Assembly: GCA_963799775.1 (NCBI GenBank)
Contig: CAWCYD010000003.1
Location: forward strand, 1,792,001 to 1,856,000
Length of the DNA stretch: 64,000 bases
From: an uncultured archaeon
Lineage (GTDB): Archaea; Thermoproteota; Nitrososphaeria; Nitrososphaerales; Gagatemarchaeaceae
Reading direction: 5' to 3'
The notes under the pieces are model-generated. The model was not told the origin of the DNA. It saw only the letters and a list, made by a program, of their open reading frames with translations, and ran no database searches. A program made the position numbers and the translations under genes. Below are positions 9,807 through 20,183 of this stretch, in pieces (positions within the stretch are counted from its first letter, which is position 1; every line of letters begins with the position of its first letter).

Positions 9807-11277
9807 GGCCCCGAACCCACTTCGAGTGAAGTTCCGCTTCAGGACGCTCAGGTTCGACAGGTCAACGATGGGCACGATCGAAGAGATGGGGTCCAACCCC
9901 ATGTTCATCTGGAACGGCGTCTGGCCCTGAAACGTGCCCGAGTTCACGATGAGCGTCCCCCGGTAACTGGCGACGTCCAGGGTGTGCACATGGCCTGCGT
10001 GGAAGACGTCGGGAACCGGGTCGATAACGAGCATGTCCCTGAGCTCCGGAGAGAGCGCAGTTCTCTTCCCGTACGTCGGAGCCAGATGCCTCGCCTTGAG
10101 CAGCACTTCCATCGCCTCTGCAGGCCTGTCATAGGTAAGGTTGGGCACGGTCGCTATCACATCGTCCAGACTCCTTCCGTGGTAAATCAAGAAATTGACG
10201 CCGTCCAACTTGACGTTCGCAGGCCCGCCCAAATGGACCGCGTTCTCCAGCTCGTACAGAGGCCCTGCGACATCGAGCGCGACCGCAGGCTGCGGGAGGG
10301 CCTGCCTCACCGGGTCGTGGTTCCCCGGCACAATCACAATCTTCATGTGCTTCGGAATCCGCCGCAGGAACTCTTTCGCGAGCGCGTACTGGCTCCTGAC
10401 GTTCCTCTCCGACAACTGCATCTCTTGACCCGGATAGACGCCGACGCCGTCTACCAGGTCGCCCGCGATTATCACGTATCTTATCCGCTCGACGATGTCT
10501 AGGTTCCCCGAAGCTCCCGTTGAGCCACGCCAAGAACCGGCTGAAATCTTCCGCCAAGAACAGCTTGCTCCCTATGTGAAGGTCGGAGAGCAACACCGCG
10601 TAGACCCTCCTTGAGGACCCCGACATCTTCCTCGAAGGGATGTCCGGCAGCAACAGGCTCTTGGCGTAAAGCTGGCCCGTCTTCCCATGCGACACGCTAG
10701 CCACGACGAGGCTGTCGAAGGGGAGTGCTAGCGCCGACGCCGCGACATCCTCTCCGCAATGCAACGTCGCGCTCCCCGTAGGGTCGTCCAGGACCAACTC
10801 GACCCCGCCACCCTTCTTACTCCTCCTCGAGGACACCAGACCCGCAATCTTGTACTCTTTGCCCCCGTTGGTCTTGCCCGACTCTATGGAACTCACGTTC
10901 TTCGAATCAGGCCTCTGTCTGGCTATCTCCAAGAGGTGAGAATACCTGTTCTGGAAGAGTCTCTTGAAACCCTCCTCTGCCTCCGTGGGCTTGATGGCGC
11001 CTGTCGGGTCGCTCACCACGACCAGTTCGGCTGGGAGGTCTTTGCTGTCCACGGATGACAGGCGGATGCCTTCTTTCTTGAAGACGAATTGGTCGATGTC
11101 CGACCTCAAAATCGTCCTGTCCTCTCTTGCAGAAGCCTTCTTCTCGATGACGGATTTCAGGATAGGTTGCACGTCCCCGCTTGCCGAGAGCTCTGACAGA
11201 AAAGAGAAGGCGTCCGGGTCTATCTGGTATCCCTCAGAAAGCGCCCTGGAAACTGCCAGAGCCATCTCTTCGGTCAT
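9792..11277 (-). CDS. polB: DNA polymerase D small subunit (DP1), frameshifted near 10505
   Basis: SDLHIGS in ORF 10129-11277; AGDLVDG, PGNHD, YHG and GHVH phosphoesterase motifs in ORF 9792-10475. Confidence 0.92.
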
Positions 11278-11284
11278 TTCTGAA

Positions 11285-12650
11285 TCAGCGCGTGCTCGTC
11301 AAGGGCCTTCCCAACCTCTCGACTAGCGTCTTTGCGCCCTCGACCAACTCTGCGAGCCTCAACTCATCCTTCGCCTCGCAATAGATTCTCATCTTCGGCT
11401 CGGTGCCAGAGGGCCTGAACATCACCCACGACTTGTCCCTGAAGATGACCTTCAGACCGTCGAGCGTCCGCTTCTCCATGATCCTGTACTTGCCGAAGTA
11501 TTCGTCGACATGCTCTGCTATCCTGGCTAGGTCGACTAATACCGGCATGTTGACCTGCCTGTATAGCCACTCAAGCTCTCCCGTGATGGACCTTCTGCAA
11601 GTCAGGCCTCTTGCCGATGACATCCACTATGAGGGCCGCTCCGTATATCCCGTCCTCCCACATACCCCACTCCGGGTCCACAATCTTCGTAGGCTCCGTG
11701 GCCATGACGGCTTTTTCCCGCTCGATCTCCGCAAACGTCTTCCCGATTTTCGCGCGGACCACCCGCAGTCCCATCCGAATCGCAGTCTCCTCGACAGCAA
11801 ATGACGAGTTCTCGGAGATGACGACGGCGCCCGAGCTTTTGCCGATACCCTCGAGGGCAAGGACGGACGTCATGTAGTCTGGAAGGACGCGTCCAGCGGA
11901 GTTAATCAACACCAACCTGTCCCCGTCCCCGTCGTGCGCAAGGCCCAAATCGGCTTCTACTCCGCCGACGAAAGCCGCCGTCTCTGAAAGAGTGGCTGCG
12001 GTGGGCTCAGGATTCCTCGCAGAGAACCGCCACGACACCTGCGTGTTCAAGGAGAGGACCGTGTTCCCTAGCGCCGTCAAGACCCGCGGGGTCACCAAGG
12101 CTGCTGGACCTGCAGCGCAATCGACCACGAGTCGCAGGGGAGTCTCTGTCTTCGAGAACCTCGAGCTTATCGCGCGCGCGTAGAGGCTGATTATCTCCCT
12201 CGACCATATCGACCCAGAGGTCGCGGAGCTCTTGTTCGAGTCCACCACCATCCCCCGCTCGATCCGTCCCTCCTCTTCCCGCGACAACTCCATCCCCCTC
12301 TTGTTGTAGACCTTGACACCCGAGAACTCCGGAGGGTTGTGCGAGGCGGTCGAAGCGAAGCCCAACTCGCAGCCGTTTTCACGCGTGCCGAACGCAACCA
12401 CTGGCGTCGGCACCAATCCCAGTTGTATGGCCTCGCTACCGCAACCGGCGATCGAGGCAGATATTACGCGCGCAATGACCATCGAACTCTTCCTCCCATC
12501 CCAACCCACAGCATACTTTCCTTTGCCGAAGACGAAGGCTGACGACTCGACCAGCGCGTGGACCTGCTCGAGAGACTGGGTGGAGTTGAACACCCCTCTT
12601 ACGCCAGCAGTGCCGAAAACGCCCAAATCGGTCCGAGAATCCGAGCTCAC
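11285..12650 (-). CDS. Phosphomannomutase/phosphoglucosamine mutase, frameshifted near 11590
   Basis: FGTAGVRG, TASHNPP, DGDGDR, and RPSGTEPKMRIYCE in the second frame. Confidence 0.9.
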
Positions 12651-12817
12651 TCCCCCATATTTAATTTAGAGGAGCCAACTGCGCGAAGAGACCCCTCCCA
12701 AACGCCGTCAGAAAACCAAGTGAAACCACGTTTTCACATGAACCTCCTCAGCATTCCATGGCCGCAGATTAATAGCGACGTGAGTTCGTGGGTTGGGCAA
12801 GAGCCGAAGGCCGAAAA

Positions 12818-13612
12818 ATGGAATTCGTCGAACCCCAGGTGTTCCTCATAGCCGAGTCCAAGGTCGACTTTGACCAAGTGGACGCGATGCTCGAGCAGGT
12901 CGGCGGGGACACCGCCACGAAATGGTTCGCGAGGACGAAGGAAGCCTCAAAGGCCCAGGGAGAGCTGCTCACAGAGGTGGCCGGAAGGATCTGCTACAAG
13001 AGCTTCGGGGTGGGCCTCAACCCCAACGTCACCAAGATAAGGGAGAGCTCGCGGGATTACATCGACAACACACTGTCAAAGGGCGACGGCTCAATCTTCG
13101 AGCACGCCTCGTGCACGTTCGCCTTCCTGAACGTCAGCAGAATCATGACGCACGAGCTGGTCAGGCACAGGGTCGGCATCGCCATCAGCCAAGAGTCGAT
13201 GAGGTACGTCAGGCCCACCGGGATACGCTTCTGGCTCCCACCCGACCTCCAGGACAAGAAGAAGGAGATCAAGACCATAGTCGAGCACATCGAGCAGGAC
13301 TACCACGACCTTGAGGCCTCCTACGGATGGGACAAGATGAACTTCGACGCGAAGAAGAAGATCACGTCGGCGCTCCGCAGGATAATGCCCGACGGGATGG
13401 CGACATCAATCATCTGGACCGCGAACCACAGGACCATCCGTCACGTCATCACGATGAGGACCGCGGAGGCCGCCGAGGTCGAGATAAGGTTCGTCTTCGA
13501 CAAGGTCGCGAGGATAATGAAGGAGAAGTTCCCGCTCATCTACCAAGATTTCGAGTACAAGGAGCTAGACGACAAGACCAGGTCCTGGCGACCCAGGTAC
13601 GTGAAGGCCTGA
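12818..13612 (+). CDS. thyX: FAD-dependent thymidylate synthase
   Basis: SIFEH, THELVRHR...SQESMRY ThyX motif; ATG at 12818. Confidence 0.93.
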   Translation: MEFVEPQVFLIAESKVDFDQVDAMLEQVGGDTATKWFARTKEASKAQGELLTEVAGRICYKSFGVGLNPNVTKIRESSRDYIDNTLSKGDGSIFEHASCTFAFLNVSRIMTHELVRHRVGIAISQESMRYVRPTGIRFWLPPDLQDKKKEIKTIVEHIEQDYHDLEASYGWDKMNFDAKKKITSALRRIMPDGMATSIIWTANHRTIRHVITMRTAEAAEVEIRFVFDKVARIMKEKFPLIYQDFEYKELDDKTRSWRPRYVKA

Positions 13613-13613
13613 G

Positions 13614-13792
13614 CGCCGGGGGTGGGATTTCCACCCATGGAGGAACTTCTCGGTCCTCCTCCACGCGATTTGAACCCACATGACCGTTAGGTCACGGGCT
13701 GTCAAGTCGGATGATCTCGAGATGCGGATTCGCCCACTCTCGCAAGAGCGGAGGGAATTGCCCGCGCGTTAACCAGACTCCGCCACCCCGGC
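13614..13792 (-). tRNA. tRNA-Ser(CGA) with three introns (31/32, 37/38, 59/60)
   Basis: Removing 13759-13722, 13715-13701 and 13668-13628 gives a cloverleaf with GCCGGGG/CCCCGGC acceptor, CGGGC-CTCGAGA-GCCCG anticodon arm and long variable arm; introns 1 and 3 form clear BHB motifs, intron 2 is relaxed. Confidence 0.85.
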
Positions 13793-13830
13793 GGCGCTCG
13801 TTGGGCCTGGAACCCAATATAGGTTTGAGG

Positions 13831-14193
13831 TTACTCTGTCTTGAACGACTCGCCACAGCCGCACGTAGAAACGGCGTTCGGGTTCTTCACCACGAAACCT
13901 CCACCCATGAGCTTGTCCGTTTGGAAGTCGATTACAGATCCGGCGATGAAAGGCATGCTGGACTTGTCCACGATGAGCTTCGCGCCGTGCTCCACTATGA
14001 CGTAGTCGTCCTCTCCCGACTTTTCTTCCGGGACCATCCCATATGAGAGGCCCGAGCAGCCGCCTGCGGAGACGAAGACCCTCAGGCCTGCCATGGGCTT
14101 GCCCTGCTTCGCCAGGTATACCTTCAACTCTGACGCGGCGTTCTCCGTGATGTCAACCACGGGCTTAATCGACTTTGTAGCCTCGGCCGACAT
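13831..14193 (-). CDS. A-type Fe-S cluster carrier (IscA/ErpA/HesB)
   Basis: GGCSGLSY and NPNAVSTCGCGESF. Confidence 0.95.
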   Translation of the reverse strand: MSAEATKSIKPVVDITENAASELKVYLAKQGKPMAGLRVFVSAGGCSGLSYGMVPEEKSGEDDYVIVEHGAKLIVDKSSMPFIAGSVIDFQTDKLMGGGFVVKNPNAVSTCGCGESFKTE

Positions 14194-14251
14194 TTCTTAC
14201 CAAGAATTCAGGTGCCGAGCCCCTATAAAAAGGGCCATGGTCGACTCCTTT

Positions 14252-14737
14252 TCAGATTTTCGCGAGCGCCGCCATTATATCGCCATAAAGCGGCTCGTCT
14301 CCCGGGGCGTCCGTGACCCATCTATACCTGAGGATGCCCTTGCCGTCTATGACGAACGCCGCCCGCTTCGCGACTCCCTTATACCCGTGAGCCACCCACG
14401 TGTCGTGGAGTACCCCATATGCTCTCGAGACCTTCTTGTTAAAGTCGCTTAGGAGCGGGAACTGGAGGTTGTAGGTCTGCGCGAAGACCCTGAGCGTGAA
14501 CAGGCTGTCCACGCTTATCCCCACCGTCTGCGCGTTGAGCGAGTTCATCTTCGCAGCGTCGTCCCTGAAGACGCACATCTCCTTGTCGCACACGCCGGAG
14601 AACGCGAACGGGAAGAAGAGCAGCACCGTCTTGCCCTTCTGCGTGAACTCCGAGAGCTTCCTCTCCTTCTTCTCAGTGTCTGGAAGAGAGAACTCTGGCA
14701 CCCGCTGGCCTATCCTGATTACCAAGTTCAGCACCAA
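14252..14737 (-). CDS. Peroxiredoxin (AhpC/TSA family)
   Basis: FFPFAFSGVCDKEMC, GISVD, LLSDFN. Confidence 0.9.
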   Translation of the reverse strand: MVLNLVIRIGQRVPEFSLPDTEKKERKLSEFTQKGKTVLLFFPFAFSGVCDKEMCVFRDDAAKMNSLNAQTVGISVDSLFTLRVFAQTYNLQFPLLSDFNKKVSRAYGVLHDTWVAHGYKGVAKRAAFVIDGKGILRYRWVTDAPGDEPLYGDIMAALAKI

Positions 14738-14754
14738 CCAAGTGATTTAGTAAT

Positions 14755-15096
14755 TTAAGCTCTCTGGGTCGGTTCGAGCCTCCGAAGGAGCTCCACGTAC
14801 TTCGTCATGAGGGAGACCAACTCGTCCAGCCTCCCCCAATCGCTCTCCTTCTCAAAGAGGGACATGGACTCTTTGAGCTTCACCAGAAGCACGTTCTTGA
14901 GGTCCTCCGCGACATCCGGAAAGAGCAGCTCTTTGGCCTGGAGCGCTGCCGAGAGGTCCTCATGGTTCGTGCAGTACACCCTCCCCATATAGCGAAGCTG
15001 AACTCCGTTGCACACAGGACAGGGCTCCTTGATCATCACTGCGCCTTTTCTCATCAGTTCGACAGTGATCTTCGTCTTCGCAGCCGAGGTGCTCAA
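14755..15096 (-). CDS. UPF0148/SSSCA1-like Zn-finger protein
   Basis: LMRKGAVMIKEPCPVCNG...YCTNH. Confidence 0.75.
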   Translation of the reverse strand: MSTSAAKTKITVELMRKGAVMIKEPCPVCNGVQLRYMGRVYCTNHEDLSAALQAKELLFPDVAEDLKNVLLVKLKESMSLFEKESDWGRLDELVSLMTKYVELLRRLEPTQRA

Positions 15097-15225
15097 CGAG
15101 ATTAAACCTCGAATCCTACCGATGTTTCAGTGAATATAAACATCGAAACCAATCTTGGGAATCATATCCCCGCTTTAAATACGAGATTCCGGTCGAAACC
15201 ACCAGGACGGTGGCGCACTACGAAC

Positions 15226-16125
15226 GTGGACTCGAAGCCTAAGAAGCTCGGCTGGGGAGCTTTAGCCGTAGCGGTGATTGTGGGTTCGCTCTTGGTCTAC
15301 GAGCTGGCGGTCTATGCAGGCGTAATCTCCAGCCCCATAATCGTCGGGACCAACACAGTGACCACAACAGTGTACACCTCCACGACTTCGGTCGTGACCG
15401 CCACCGCGCCCTACTTCACAGAGACGAACACCCAGTTCAACCAACCCGTGATCACCCTGACGACTACAGGCTCGACGAACGTCTCCACCGTCTTCACCAC
15501 CGTGACGACCACACCGACGACGACAACCACAACGACGATTACGGCATCAAGCACTCTACTGACGCCCTTCGCGATGTATTACACAGGCTACACTAGCGGC
15601 GGATATGGGACAGGTCATTTCTTCCGGTCATCGTCTCCCATCGTCGCCACATACGGCGACGCCACACTGGGAGAGGCCTACATCGGGACAGCCCTTAACA
15701 TGTCTGTAACCCAAACGACGAGCAATGGCTACGACCTCGGGTTCTACTACGTGGTCGGCACGCTCGGGACTCTGATGGCGGGAAACGGCCTGACAATAAC
15801 CGGCACGGGCTTCACCGTCAACCTTTGGTTGAACCCGGGCTCTTGGGGGTGGATCCCTAGTAGCGTGGGTGAGCAGTATACCGGGGTGGGGAGCAACGGG
15901 GCCTACGGCCTCGGCTCTGCCAGAGGCACCCAGACGATAAACGGGGCCACGACCTTCTCTAGCTTCGACGGAGCCTGTTCGAGCACATTCACTGTGACGC
16001 AACTAGCGTCAGGAGCTTGCGCTGGGATGAGCGCAAGCACGCCGGTCGCAGTCTGGGTCGGCATAGGGCCCCTCTCGAGTGCCGGGACGACAACCGCGAC
16101 CGTAGACTCAATCTACATCAGTTGA
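15226..16125 (+). CDS. Membrane-anchored or secreted Thr-rich surface protein
   Basis: Probable GTG start at 15226; N-terminal TM helix, poly-Thr linker, beta-rich Gly/Thr C-terminal domain. Confidence 0.7.
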   Translation: MDSKPKKLGWGALAVAVIVGSLLVYELAVYAGVISSPIIVGTNTVTTTVYTSTTSVVTATAPYFTETNTQFNQPVITLTTTGSTNVSTVFTTVTTTPTTTTTTTITASSTLLTPFAMYYTGYTSGGYGTGHFFRSSSPIVATYGDATLGEAYIGTALNMSVTQTTSNGYDLGFYYVVGTLGTLMAGNGLTITGTGFTVNLWLNPGSWGWIPSSVGEQYTGVGSNGAYGLGSARGTQTINGATTFSSFDGACSSTFTVTQLASGACAGMSASTPVAVWVGIGPLSSAGTTTATVDSIYIS

Positions 16126-16235
16126 ACTCGCGTGCCTCGAAACGATTTCTTCTACAGGTCGTTCCAGTATAGAAAGCCAAATATGCAAGGGTGGAAGGCA
16201 CAGGGAACTCCGTCCTTATCCACCGGATCACAAAA

Positions 16236-16526
16236 ATGAGCGCCAAAGCAAACAGGGAGAAGAAACAACTGGAGAACGGCAACAAGCTAGCCAAAGCCAG
16301 CACGAGCCTTCTGCAGATAGCCGACTCGAACATCACGCCCCGCAACATAAGGAAGATCGTGAAGGACTCGATATTCGCGCTCCAGGACCAGAAGGTCAGC
16401 GTGGCCGTCAGGGCCGCCAACGCGATCAGCATGCTCGACGAGGTCGCGCATGACCCGAACATGTCCTCCTTTGCGAGGGTCATCCTGTGGTCCGCCGTCT
16501 CCGAGCTAGAGTCCATCCGCGAGTAG
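16236..16526 (+). CDS. UPF0147 family protein
   Basis: IADSNITPRNIRK...VRAANAISMLDEVAHDPNMSSFARV. Confidence 0.85.
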   Translation: MSAKANREKKQLENGNKLAKASTSLLQIADSNITPRNIRKIVKDSIFALQDQKVSVAVRAANAISMLDEVAHDPNMSSFARVILWSAVSELESIRE

Positions 16527-16568
16527 CGCAAACATTTAACATCACAGATTCCATCCTGACGCTAGCGC

Positions 16569-16994
16569 TTGGCAACGTGCCCCAACTGCGGGACTTCGAT
16601 ACCGGCTCCTGCAAAACTCTTCACCGTCATAGTCGAGCCGAAGGAGGGCGAGCGCGGCCTCACCCAGAGGAAGGTGGGGATGTATAGCTGCGAGAAGTGC
16701 GGGACCAAGTTCCCGACCGTCGTCAGCAGGCAGCACTACCTCGTGGTGGCGGAGGACCAGCTCGGCCAGATTCAGACGGACATCAAGAGCCTGAAGAGGA
16801 CGAACCAGGACCTGGAGAAACGGATACAACACATGGACAAGGAGTACTCGGAGCTCCAGAAGAGGCTCGAGAGCAGCAAGAGGGACGCGGAGACGAGGGG
16901 CCTAGAGGCGAAGCTCGAGACCCTTGAGAAGCACGTCGCCTACCTCAGAAAAGAGAAGGGAGAGCTAGAGGAAAAGGCGACCAGGCTTCGCTAG
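16569..16994 (+). CDS. Zn-ribbon (Cren7-like) domain fused to coiled coil
   Basis: CPNCG...KVGMYSCEKCGTKF followed by about 80 aa of heptad coiled coil. Confidence 0.6.
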   Translation: MATCPNCGTSIPAPAKLFTVIVEPKEGERGLTQRKVGMYSCEKCGTKFPTVVSRQHYLVVAEDQLGQIQTDIKSLKRTNQDLEKRIQHMDKEYSELQKRLESSKRDAETRGLEAKLETLEKHVAYLRKEKGELEEKATRLR

Positions 16995-16997
16995 AAG

Positions 16998-17252
16998 CTA
17001 GACCTGGTAACTTTCGGTGGCGGCTATCGGGCTGGAGTACGTCGCTATCTTCTCTTCCAGGACGGTCTTCTCCGTCTTCAAGGCCTCCACTTCGGTGGAG
17101 AGAGAAGTCGCATGCCTCTCGAGTTCCAAAGTCGTGAGTCTATCCTTCAGACTTGAGATCTCTGCCAGCAGCGTCGTCTGCTCAGATTCCAGCGAGCGAA
17201 TCCGCTCCTCTAGTTCTGCTCTGCGGTCTACGTATTCGGTGACTACTTCCAT
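16998..17252 (-). CDS. Small coiled-coil protein
   Basis: Continuous heptad pattern, host-like codon usage. Confidence 0.6.
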   Translation of the reverse strand: MEVVTEYVDRRAELEERIRSLESEQTTLLAEISSLKDRLTTLELERHATSLSTEVEALKTEKTVLEEKIATYSSPIAATESYQV

Positions 17253-17379
17253 AATCGTCGGTCACACAACCTCGTAATTCCTTTTCTCCGGCCGGACGAA
17301 AAACAGTTGATTTAATCGTGAAACCTATTCAATCGCCGGCCCGTCTGCCTTATCAAGCCCGCCCGGTCGGCCTGACACC

Positions 17380-17685
17380 ATGAAGGGGATCTGGGCGTGG
17401 CCCTCCGAGCCCAAGGAGCAGGACAAGGTCTTGCGGAAGATAGCGCAAGAAGACGAGCTCGTCCCCATACTCTTGGCGTTGGCGAAGACCCCGGAGGGGC
17501 TCTCCAACGCGAAAATCGACAAGCTCGTCTCGAACAACTCCCAGTGGAGGACGCTCTGGCACATGAGGGAGCTCATCGCGTTGGGGTTCGTGAAGTACGA
17601 CGTCCAGTTCTTCGGGAACCCTGGGGAGTACACGCTCACCGAGCTAGGGAAGACGGTGGTGTCGAAGCTGCAGACCCTGGCGTGA
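17380..17685 (+). CDS. Winged-helix protein
   Basis: GLSNAKIDKLV...MRELIALGFV...YTLTELG. Confidence 0.65.
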   Translation: MKGIWAWPSEPKEQDKVLRKIAQEDELVPILLALAKTPEGLSNAKIDKLVSNNSQWRTLWHMRELIALGFVKYDVQFFGNPGEYTLTELGKTVVSKLQTLA

Positions 17686-17689
17686 GCGC

Positions 17690-18239
17690 CTAGCTCTCGT
17701 TCCGCTTCTTCTTCGTTCGGAGCTGGGCGTCGACCCACTCGATGTTCGACTCGAGCATAGCCCTCGTCTCGCGCAGCATCGTCTCACGCTGAGGATGCGG
17801 GATCTGGGAGATTTTCTCCTGAAAGACATCGAAGACCTCTCTGCCCCGGTTCACGAACGCAGACGCCCACACGTCCGCGGGCAGGAGGTCGGCAAACAGA
17901 CGAATCATGACACGCTCCCTCTTCCCTGCCGAGGCCAGAGTCCTCTGCATCTCCTCGAGCTCCTGCTTCCCCTTCTTGGTGACGGAATACTTCACTGTGG
18001 TCCCAGCCGCCGACGGACCGGTCTTCTCCAAGAGGTTCCTCCTTGACAAGGCTTCTCAGCAAGGGATAGACTGTGCCTGGCCCCGGCCTCCAGGCGCCTT
18101 CCGTCTTATCCTCAATCATCTTCATGATGGAGTAACCGGTCTCATGGTGCTTCGAGAGCATAGAGAGGAGGTATAATCGAAGGATGCCCCGAGGGACGGC
18201 CTGCGGGTGAATCCAACGCTTTGCTCTGGGATCCTCCAC
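17690..18239 (-). CDS. PadR family regulator, frameshifted near 18045
   Basis: VPRGILRLYLL...GYSIMK...WRPGPGTVYPLL, continuing as YSVTKKGKQEL in another frame. Confidence 0.85.
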
Positions 18240-18280
18240 GTTAGAGCAAGGCAAGCGGTGGCTCTATTTAACGATTGAAA

Positions 18281-18332
18281 TACGACATCGTAATATGATA
18301 GATACCAGTATCGTATTCGATATTCTTATAAA
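18281..18332. promoter_or_regulatory. Putative PadR operator and TATA box of the divergent promoter
   Basis: Palindromes TACGA-CA-TCGTA (18281-18292) and GATAC-CA-GTATC (18301-18312), followed by TTATAAA upstream of the ABC operon. Confidence 0.55.
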
Positions 18333-18360
18333 ACCTCCAAAGGTGGCCTTGTGAACGCTC

Positions 18361-19380
18361 TTGTCCGAGATTATCACGGTCAACGACCTCGTCGAGGTCT
18401 ATGCCGACGGGACCAAGGCCGTGGACGGGATATCCTTCGTCGTCAAGGAGGGAGAGTTCTTCGGCTTTCTGGGGCCGAACGGCGCCGGCAAGAGCACCAC
18501 AATCAAGATCCTGACGACCTTGCTGAGGAAGACCTCAGGGACCGTTTCAGTTGCGGGCTTCGACTTGGACAAGGACCCCAAGCAGATCAGGAAGCTCATC
18601 GGCGTCCAGAGCCAGGAAACCTCTGTGGACCCCGAACTGACCGGCAGGGAGAACATGACTCTGGAGGGAAACCTGCAACAGATGCACGGCAAGGAACTTG
18701 AGGAAAGGGTCGACTATCTTCTAGAGGTCGTCGGGCTGAAGGATGCAGCCGACAAGCGCGCCGGCCGCTATTCCGGCGGAATGAAGAAGAGACTGGACCT
18801 CGCCTCCACCCTGGTCCACAAGCCCAAAGTGCTCTTCCTAGACGAGCCGACCACTGGCCTCGACCCGCAGTCGCGCGCGACGGTGTGGGACTATCTCGAG
18901 AAGCTCAACAAGGAGGAAGGCATCACGATTTTCCTTACTACGCAATACCTGGAGGAGGCGGACAGGCTGTGCCAGCGTCTGTGCATCGTGGACGCGGGCA
19001 AGATTGTGGCCGAAGGGTCGCCGCTCGGCCTCAAGAAGGAGATAGGCGCCGACGCGATCACCATCACCATGGAGAACACGACCGGTGCCGGCGACAGGGC
19101 CGCTACCAAGGCCGCGGCCAAGGCGCTCCTCTCGAAGATACCCGAAGTGATGAACGTGGTCGACTCGGAGGAGGGCCTCACCCTCTACGTGAAAAACGGC
19201 GGGCTCTTCGTCCCCGAACTTGTCAGGGCCTTCGACAAGACCGACATCCAGCTCGTGTCCATCAACATCTCCACCCCCAGCCTGGACGACGTCTTCCTGA
19301 AGCACACCGGCAAGAGGATACGGACAGAAGAGCTTGTGAAAGAGGTCAGCAGCGGAAGGTTCGGGGGCAGAAGGAGATAG
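18361..19380 (+). CDS. ABC exporter ATP-binding protein (DrrA-like)
   Basis: GPNGAGKST, YSGGMKKR, LDEPTTGLD. Confidence 0.95.
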   Translation: MSEIITVNDLVEVYADGTKAVDGISFVVKEGEFFGFLGPNGAGKSTTIKILTTLLRKTSGTVSVAGFDLDKDPKQIRKLIGVQSQETSVDPELTGRENMTLEGNLQQMHGKELEERVDYLLEVVGLKDAADKRAGRYSGGMKKRLDLASTLVHKPKVLFLDEPTTGLDPQSRATVWDYLEKLNKEEGITIFLTTQYLEEADRLCQRLCIVDAGKIVAEGSPLGLKKEIGADAITITMENTTGAGDRAATKAAAKALLSKIPEVMNVVDSEEGLTLYVKNGGLFVPELVRAFDKTDIQLVSINISTPSLDDVFLKHTGKRIRTEELVKEVSSGRFGGRRR

Positions 19381-19386
19381 AGCGAC

Positions 19387-20161
19387 ATGACAATCCTCTT
19401 CGACACGAGAAACCTCTTCGTGAGAGCGCTGAAGAAGCTCGTGCGCAACCCCATACTCATATTCTTCTCCCTATTCCAACCAATCATCTTCCTCGTCCTC
19501 TTCACGCAGCTGTTCCACTCGCTCAACCTGCTCCCCGGTTTCCCCAAGGGCGTCAGCTACCTCGAGTACGCGTCAGCCGGGATACTGATGCAGAACGCGT
19601 TCAGCAGCGCTCTCCAATCAGGCACGTCCATCGTAGATGGACCTCAACTCAGGATTCCTGCAGAAGATGCTGGTCACCCAGGTGAGCCGGCCGGCGATAC
19701 TGCTCGGGAGGCTCGCGACGGACGCGTTTCGTGTCACTGTCCAGTCGGTCATCATACTCGCGCTCGCATACATCCTCGGGTTCAGGCTGGCTTCGGGAGT
19801 CCCCGGCGTGCTGCTCATCCTCTTCATCATCGCATTCTTCGGGCTGGCGTGGTCGGGCATCTCGCTCGCCCTCGGCCTGAGGACCAAGAGCGCGGAGACC
19901 GTGTTCGGGATAGGGGCCTTCATGACCTTCCCCCTGCTCTTCATGAGCACTGCGCTGGTCCCCTTGGGCTTCATGCCGTCGTGGATGCAGGACGTCTCCC
20001 AGGTCAACCCGATCAGCTACGCGGTCAACGCGGTCAGGGACCTTTCAATCCCAGGCTTCTTCTCTCTGAGCGCAGAGCTCGGCGCCCTGGCATTCATCGC
20101 GGGTATAGCCGTGGTGACCATCGGCATAACCCTCTACCTCTTCAGAAAGGTAGTTAGCTAA
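19387..20161 (+). CDS. ABC-2 permease, frameshifted near 19640
   Basis: QPIIFLVLF; second frame has FPLLFMST and VNPISYAVNAVR. Confidence 0.88.
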
Positions 20162-20183
20162 GGGGAATGGAGCCAACCGAACC

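Noticed and set aside
13700-13706. Reading the tRNA-Ser as anticodon TGA with one long intron
   Set aside because: That would place C at position 37, and the BHB of the 31/32 intron supports the CGA reading.
15355-15545. ACN-rich DNA repeat
   Set aside because: Explained by the poly-Thr linker of a surface protein.
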